64,000 nucleotides of DNA, taken from positions 23,906 through 87,905 of the forward strand of contig QKGM01000002.1 of assembly GCA_003250395.1 (NCBI GenBank), read 5' to 3'. This DNA is from Bacteroidota bacterium (GTDB lineage Bacteria > Bacteroidota > Bacteroidia > Bacteroidales > TTA-H9). This document shows, one piece after another, positions 59,412-64,000 of the stretch. The number at the start of each line of letters is the position of its first letter. The first letter of the stretch is position 1. The notes below the pieces were generated by a model. The model had not been told where the DNA came from, ran no database searches, and was given only the letters and a program-made list of their open reading frames with translations. The translations under genes were made by a program, and so were the position numbers.

Positions 59412-62400
59412 TCAATTAGAATTATTTATCCGGATAATGTTGAACAGTTTCTCTGCAAGTTCTGGGCTGCTCATCATAAACTCATACAACGTGGCTTTTG
59501 GTAAGGCTACGTAGTAGCCCAGATCAGTTGACAGATATTCTAAACTGGTATCCTGAGGAAAATATCCCGGGGAGGCTGCTGGTTGCCTGATAAATGAGGC
59601 TTCTGGCGTCCGCTCCAGGAAGTCAATAATGGCTGTCTCAGGAATAGTCGAAAATAATTCCGTACTTCTCATCAATCCCGTTTTTTCAAACATGAGCAGC
59701 TCAGATTCTTCCTCACACGACCTGATACCTTCCTCCATCGCTCCTGATCCGATATAACCGTTTTTTTTCAACCGGTTTATCAGGTCACGATAATACTTAA
59801 TATTGAAGCGGTAAAGTGTCAATGCTGCTATTTCGCTTATCAACCTATCGGGATGAACAACATTGGCTGCCAGTATCCTTTCGGTTGCCTGTTCATTATT
59901 TCCTTTACGGGTTTCGAGAATTTTCAGGGCACAGGCCTTGCTGTACCTGCTCGAACGCGTATAGGGTCTGTTGAGTATCTCGCAGAATCTTTCGAACGGC
60001 TCAAGTTTTTGCTGGGGAAATCTGAATATGAATCGATTAAGTCTTTCCTGAACAGGAAGATCCTCGAAAATTGGGAAAAATATCTCTTTGATCTCATCTC
60101 CAATAATCATGTCACCGATTTCAAGTGCATAAACTTTTGCGTTGGCATCTTTGCTTTCAATGTGTTCACGGATATGATGGATGGTCTTCTCATCGTACAT
60201 CAGCGATAGTAACAGGAAGAGGAATTCTTTCTGGTCTTCTTCCTCGGTCAGCAAGGCCAGTTTAAGATCGGCGGCTTCCTCACAACCACTTATATCCTGC
60301 AGGGTGGCAAGTACCCATAAAATACCTGAGACGGTTTCTTCAATCATCTCTTTGAGAAGTGGTGTCTCTGAAGCAGTAGCCTGGTATTTTCTGTTGCTTA
60401 GCGAAACCAAAACCTGCCTGCGGACATCCTTGTCAGGGTGCCTCATTTTGTCACGAAGCAGTCTGAGCGATTTCTGACTTTGAATTGATTCATAGATTTT
60501 AAGTATCCTGACCTGAACTATTGAATGGCCTTTCGATTTCTCAAATATCCGTTCAAGTTCGGGCAAGATGGGTTCGCCGATTTGTTTGACGGCAATTCCG
60601 GCTGTTTCCGCGAAGGTATCATAAGCAAGTTGTTCGCATACAAAGGCCCATAATTCGTATCGCCTAATCTTACCACATGCCACGATGACTGCCTTTTTTA
60701 CTTCGGCATCAGTATCTTTAGTAAGGGAGTGCAACAGCCTGATCGTATTGTATCTTCCGGAAGAACCTAACAGTCGTGCTGCTTTCAAACGATCGCCCCG
60801 TTCAGGTGATTTACAGAGGTTGGCTATTTCTTCTATCGGCGTGTTGGCTGTAGATTCAAGATATTCAACCGTTTTGTCAAGCATGGATTGTAAATGAGTC
60901 TGTTGTTTTATCGGGTCAAGGCTTTTCAGGAAACCTGCAGAATTTACCATTTGATATTCAGCCATCTTTTCAAGAATGATCCGTTTAATCTCTTCAGGTA
61001 CTTCTTCAAATATCTCTTCAAGTATTTTTTCAGTCAGGAATGGTTGTGCAGTCATGCAAATTTTGAAAATGTGTCCGAAATTATTCCTCCCGGCCTGTCT
61101 TAATTTTTGACGGATGACTTCGGAAACAGAACTGCTTGCTTTCTCTTTTTCCGATTTCAAATCGTTGAGTTTTGATTTCAACAGGTTGCGGTAGGTCTCA
61201 TACATTTTGATGGCAACCCATATCCACAGGGCCAACACAAGAATGAAAAACCAGTTGTAATGGACCATGTTGAAAAACTCAAGCGTCGAAAACAGTAATA
61301 TGACCAGTCCGGTAATAATGGTCCCGATAGCTTTGGGAATCCCTTCAATCTGATTTTGGAATATGATTCTCTGGCCTGGTGGAACAGGTTGGTATAGTAA
61401 CTGGAATGCTGGTTCATAGACAGCTGACCTGACTGACCGTTCAAACAACCGTGCCATGGCTATAAAAGCAAAGAATAATCCCGCTGCGCCATACAAGCTG
61501 CCAAAAATGGCTGCTATGAAAACAGGTACCAACAGGATTACCGGCAATGAAATAAGGCTCGGTTTTATCCCGTATTTATTGAGGAACCTTCCAGAGAATA
61601 ACTTTAGCAATAATTCTATTACCGAAACAAATCCCAGGAAGATGCCAAAGAATCCGGCGATGGTTTCGGGATTGTTGGCAAACTCCAGCTTGGTTTGGGC
61701 AAGGAAGAGAAAATCGACAAACAGGTAACCGAATATCGGAAGAAGTGCAAGAAGCGAGATCAACATGAAATAAGGCTCTTTCACCAGTTTCCAGTAACTG
61801 GTCTCCGGTTTTTTCTTTTCGGTTCCTTTCTCTTCCTTCATCTTCGGTTCAGAAAGCTCTTCCTTGAAGGAACGGAGCAGGATAGTTGCAATAATCAGGC
61901 AGAATAACAGGGTTCCGGATGCCAGAAAAAGCAGATGACTGGCTTTTAGGAAATTCAGAATCAGCGGGATGGAGAAATAGCCAATCATTACTGAGACTAC
62001 CTCACCGGTCCCGATCAGGCCGAATATCCTTTTCCCCTGTCTGATGTTAAATATCTTTCCCGCGATACTCCAGAAAGTAACCAGCGTGATATAGACAACG
62101 ATCCTCACCCAGGTATACATGATGAAGATGAGCCATGAATTGTTGTACAGATAAACACCGATGCTGATAGCCAGAACTGTGAGGAAAATAAAACCCAGTT
62201 TCAACAATACCTGCGTTGAGAAAGAGAACCGTCGATCGCTTTTCGAGAAAATCCACCAGGCCAGATAAATCAGAATCCCAGAGGCGATAAACGAAACAGG
62301 GATCATCGAAGGCTTGAAATGCTTTAGGAAAATGGCGTTCGATGCAGTAAAGTAAAAGGAGAGGGTAAGGCCAATCAGAAACGAAAAGGCTATCAGCAGA

Positions 62401-62465
62401 AATACTGCCTTAGCTTCTTCCCGCCTGATGTTCATCAGCTTCAGTATTCCGGATTCCTTTTTCAT
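59412..62465 (-). CDS. NTT/TLC-like (Npt1/Npt2-type) MFS transporter fused to HEAT repeats and a degenerate cNMP-binding-like tail
   Basis: About 12 TMs with FWSIAGKIFNIRQGKRIFGLIGTG and EPAFQLLYQPV; HEAT repeats (RLKAARLLG, DTDAEVKKAVI, HPDKDVRRQVL); tail FEKTGLMRSTELFSTIPE...LYEFMMSSPELA. Confidence 0.78.
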   Translation of the reverse strand: MKKESGILKLMNIRREEAKAVFLLIAFSFLIGLTLSFYFTASNAIFLKHFKPSMIPVSFIASGILIYLAWWIFSKSDRRFSFSTQVLLKLGFIFLTVLAISIGVYLYNNSWLIFIMYTWVRIVVYITLVTFWSIAGKIFNIRQGKRIFGLIGTGEVVSVMIGYFSIPLILNFLKASHLLFLASGTLLFCLIIATILLRSFKEELSEPKMKEEKGTEKKKPETSYWKLVKEPYFMLISLLALLPIFGYLFVDFLFLAQTKLEFANNPETIAGFFGIFLGFVSVIELLLKLFSGRFLNKYGIKPSLISLPVILLVPVFIAAIFGSLYGAAGLFFAFIAMARLFERSVRSAVYEPAFQLLYQPVPPGQRIIFQNQIEGIPKAIGTIITGLVILLFSTLEFFNMVHYNWFFILVLALWIWVAIKMYETYRNLLKSKLNDLKSEKEKASSSVSEVIRQKLRQAGRNNFGHIFKICMTAQPFLTEKILEEIFEEVPEEIKRIILEKMAEYQMVNSAGFLKSLDPIKQQTHLQSMLDKTVEYLESTANTPIEEIANLCKSPERGDRLKAARLLGSSGRYNTIRLLHSLTKDTDAEVKKAVIVACGKIRRYELWAFVCEQLAYDTFAETAGIAVKQIGEPILPELERIFEKSKGHSIVQVRILKIYESIQSQKSLRLLRDKMRHPDKDVRRQVLVSLSNRKYQATASETPLLKEMIEETVSGILWVLATLQDISGCEEAADLKLALLTEEEDQKEFLFLLLSLMYDEKTIHHIREHIESKDANAKVYALEIGDMIIGDEIKEIFFPIFEDLPVQERLNRFIFRFPQQKLEPFERFCEILNRPYTRSSRYSKACALKILETRKGNNEQATERILAANVVHPDRLISEIAALTLYRFNIKYYRDLINRLKKNGYIGSGAMEEGIRSCEEESELLMFEKTGLMRSTELFSTIPETAIIDFLERTPEASFIRQPAASPGYFPQDTSLEYLSTDLGYYVALPKATLYEFMMSSPELAEKLFNIIRINNSN

Positions 62466-63358
62466 CTGTGGTCACTATTATTTAACAGCGGGTGCCGGGG
62501 GATTATGTATTTTTCATTGAGGTCGTTTACAGCCGGCTCGTTCAATATGGTCTTAACCGGCTCGGGCATTTTACCGATGAAATCAATTTCGCTAACCGGG
62601 CCTTTATCCCCGGCAACATTCCGGGCAATGATAGTATCAATAAGTTCTACTCCCATCCAGCCACACACACTGGTGATTTTATCATCAAGGGTCAGGATAT
62701 TCGCCGGATAGGCGCCATCCTCAAGACAGATGTTTATCTGGGGGGAAACTCCGACAATAGGCCCTCTGTCAATAATATTGGTCACTTCATGGATCACAAG
62801 CGGCGAGGTTTTTTCCCCTTTCCTGATAATGTTCTCGAAAGGTTGTGACCCGGCTCCTATTTTTTTACGCAGGTCGGAAGGGTGGAAGTTATAGGATCCC
62901 ATTACCGGAAGCCCGAACAGCACAGAGTCGATCTTTTGTCCAAAACAAAGCATCAACAACGCTTCGGGTGCCCAGGAGCGGTAAAGATTATGAAACCATG
63001 TGGTTTTAACTGCACCCGTATAGCAGGGAACCCCCAATTCAGTCGAGAAATCAATAATCCGGTTAAACAACCGGCTTCTTTCCTGCGGGGTAAACTGCTT
63101 CCATACCCTTTTCCCGATTGAAATCCTTGCTTCAGGATCAATTGGGTCATCTGTTACAATACCAACAATATTCAGCTTCTCAGGATAGATTTGCTCATAC
63201 AGGGCCAGGTTTTTAAGCAACAGGTCTCCACTGTTGCAACTAACAAACAATACAGTCCTGAGACCTTCATCTTTAGTTTTAGGTTTCACTGGCAGGTACA
63301 GTGCACCCCACCTTGTCTCTTTTGTTTTTAATACTGTGTACGCGTTTGACATTGACAT
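62462..63358 (-). CDS. Stand-alone formyltransferase-domain protein (Fmt/PurN superfamily)
   Basis: IVGIVTD, CFGQKI, YNFHPSDL...GAGSQP and IHEV...IDRGPIV retain the catalytic Asn/His/Asp; no Fmt C-terminal domain. Confidence 0.8.
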   Translation of the reverse strand: MSMSNAYTVLKTKETRWGALYLPVKPKTKDEGLRTVLFVSCNSGDLLLKNLALYEQIYPEKLNIVGIVTDDPIDPEARISIGKRVWKQFTPQERSRLFNRIIDFSTELGVPCYTGAVKTTWFHNLYRSWAPEALLMLCFGQKIDSVLFGLPVMGSYNFHPSDLRKKIGAGSQPFENIIRKGEKTSPLVIHEVTNIIDRGPIVGVSPQINICLEDGAYPANILTLDDKITSVCGWMGVELIDTIIARNVAGDKGPVSEIDFIGKMPEPVKTILNEPAVNDLNEKYIIPRHPLLNNSDHR

Positions 63359-63367
63359 GAATACAGA

Positions 63368-64000
63368 TTAGAAATCATAGGTGATGCTCAGCAGAATATG
63401 GCGGCCGCGCTGAAGTATGGCGGTGGGGCTTGTAACCCCTTCTGCTGCCTTGGTTCCGGGGTGATAGTAGGTAGTATTGAAGATGTTGTTGCAGACTAAC
63501 TGCATAGAAAGCCCGTGCAGGAGCGCCGGGTCTGAATAGGTGATTGTACCGTTCAGGATCAGGGCTGCAGGGAAAGTGTCGTTATTGAGCGGTACGGTTG
63601 TTCCTGTCCCAGTAGGTCTCTCTCCGGTATAATTCATCCTTAGATTGACGTTTAAATGATTGATAAATAGCTTCTCTGCACCCAGATTAAACTGATGTGA
63701 GGCGATATCGCCTACCCGGCTGTCAACTTCTCCGATTTCCGAGAAGGTCTGTTTAGGGTCGCAAAAGGTATAATTAAAATAGGCCGAGAAGGTCTCCCTT
63801 TTATAGGTTACATTGGCCTGAACACCGATGATCTCGAATTTTCCTATGTTCCGGTTTTGTACCTTACCAGGGTGTTCGGTCACATCAACTGTTCCGACTA
63901 CATTGTTGATGTAATCCTTGTAAACACCTATATCGGCCTGAAACTCCCGGTTCAGCCTGATTCCGGAACTAATCTCGAAGTTCTGTATGTTCTCGGTCTT
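63368..64000 (-). CDS. TonB-dependent receptor, C-terminal part (5' end beyond the window)
   Basis: Frame is open to 64000 (KTENIQNFEISSG...); NIGKFEIIGVQA, FNYTF, NNIFNTTYYHPG and terminal GRHILLSITYDF. Confidence 0.88.
   Translation of the reverse strand, partial: KTENIQNFEISSGIRLNREFQADIGVYKDYINNVVGTVDVTEHPGKVQNRNIGKFEIIGVQANVTYKRETFSAYFNYTFCDPKQTFSEIGEVDSRVGDIASHQFNLGAEKLFINHLNVNLRMNYTGERPTGTGTTVPLNNDTFPAALILNGTITYSDPALLHGLSMQLVCNNIFNTTYYHPGTKAAEGVTSPTAILQRGRHILLSITYDF

Overview
Gene-dense chromosomal window from a Bacteroidota (probably Bacteroidales-like) bacterium. The assignment rests on repeated TAnnTTTG -7 promoter boxes, T9SS genes (porZ and a CTD cargo) and TonB-dependent receptors. 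Most of the window is housekeeping or common accessory genes: gcvP (cut off at the left edge), parC, fprA, rsmE, yjjG, PiT, marC, a TBDR-TPR-LytS/LytTR module, two USPs, ruvB, queG, a sigma54-type activator with an RND pump, ygiQ, elbB, tdk, crcB, sbcD, porZ and cysS. I saw no tRNA, rRNA, CRISPR array, integrase or transposase. The best candidate for an uncharacterised system is the tightly coupled minus-strand operon at the right end (55077->64000). It encodes a TonB-dependent receptor, a stand-alone formyltransferase, an NTT/TLC-like transporter fused to HEAT repeats and a gutted cNMP-like domain, a beta-propeller/Y_Y_Y/GAF histidine kinase with no response regulator in view, and a small beta-barrel protein, followed by an OmpA protein. 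Other leads: two adjacent secreted Ig/PKD-like proteins sharing a KPVTxxIxH[YF]-stop tail in place of a T9SS CTD; an 11-bp-periodic repeat leader before a DUF6266-like gene; a ~1 kb non-coding gap with promoter boxes beside a tandem OB-fold-like protein; and an Avd-like four-helix ORF followed by a candidate sRNA. All calls come from reading motifs by eye; no database searches were run.
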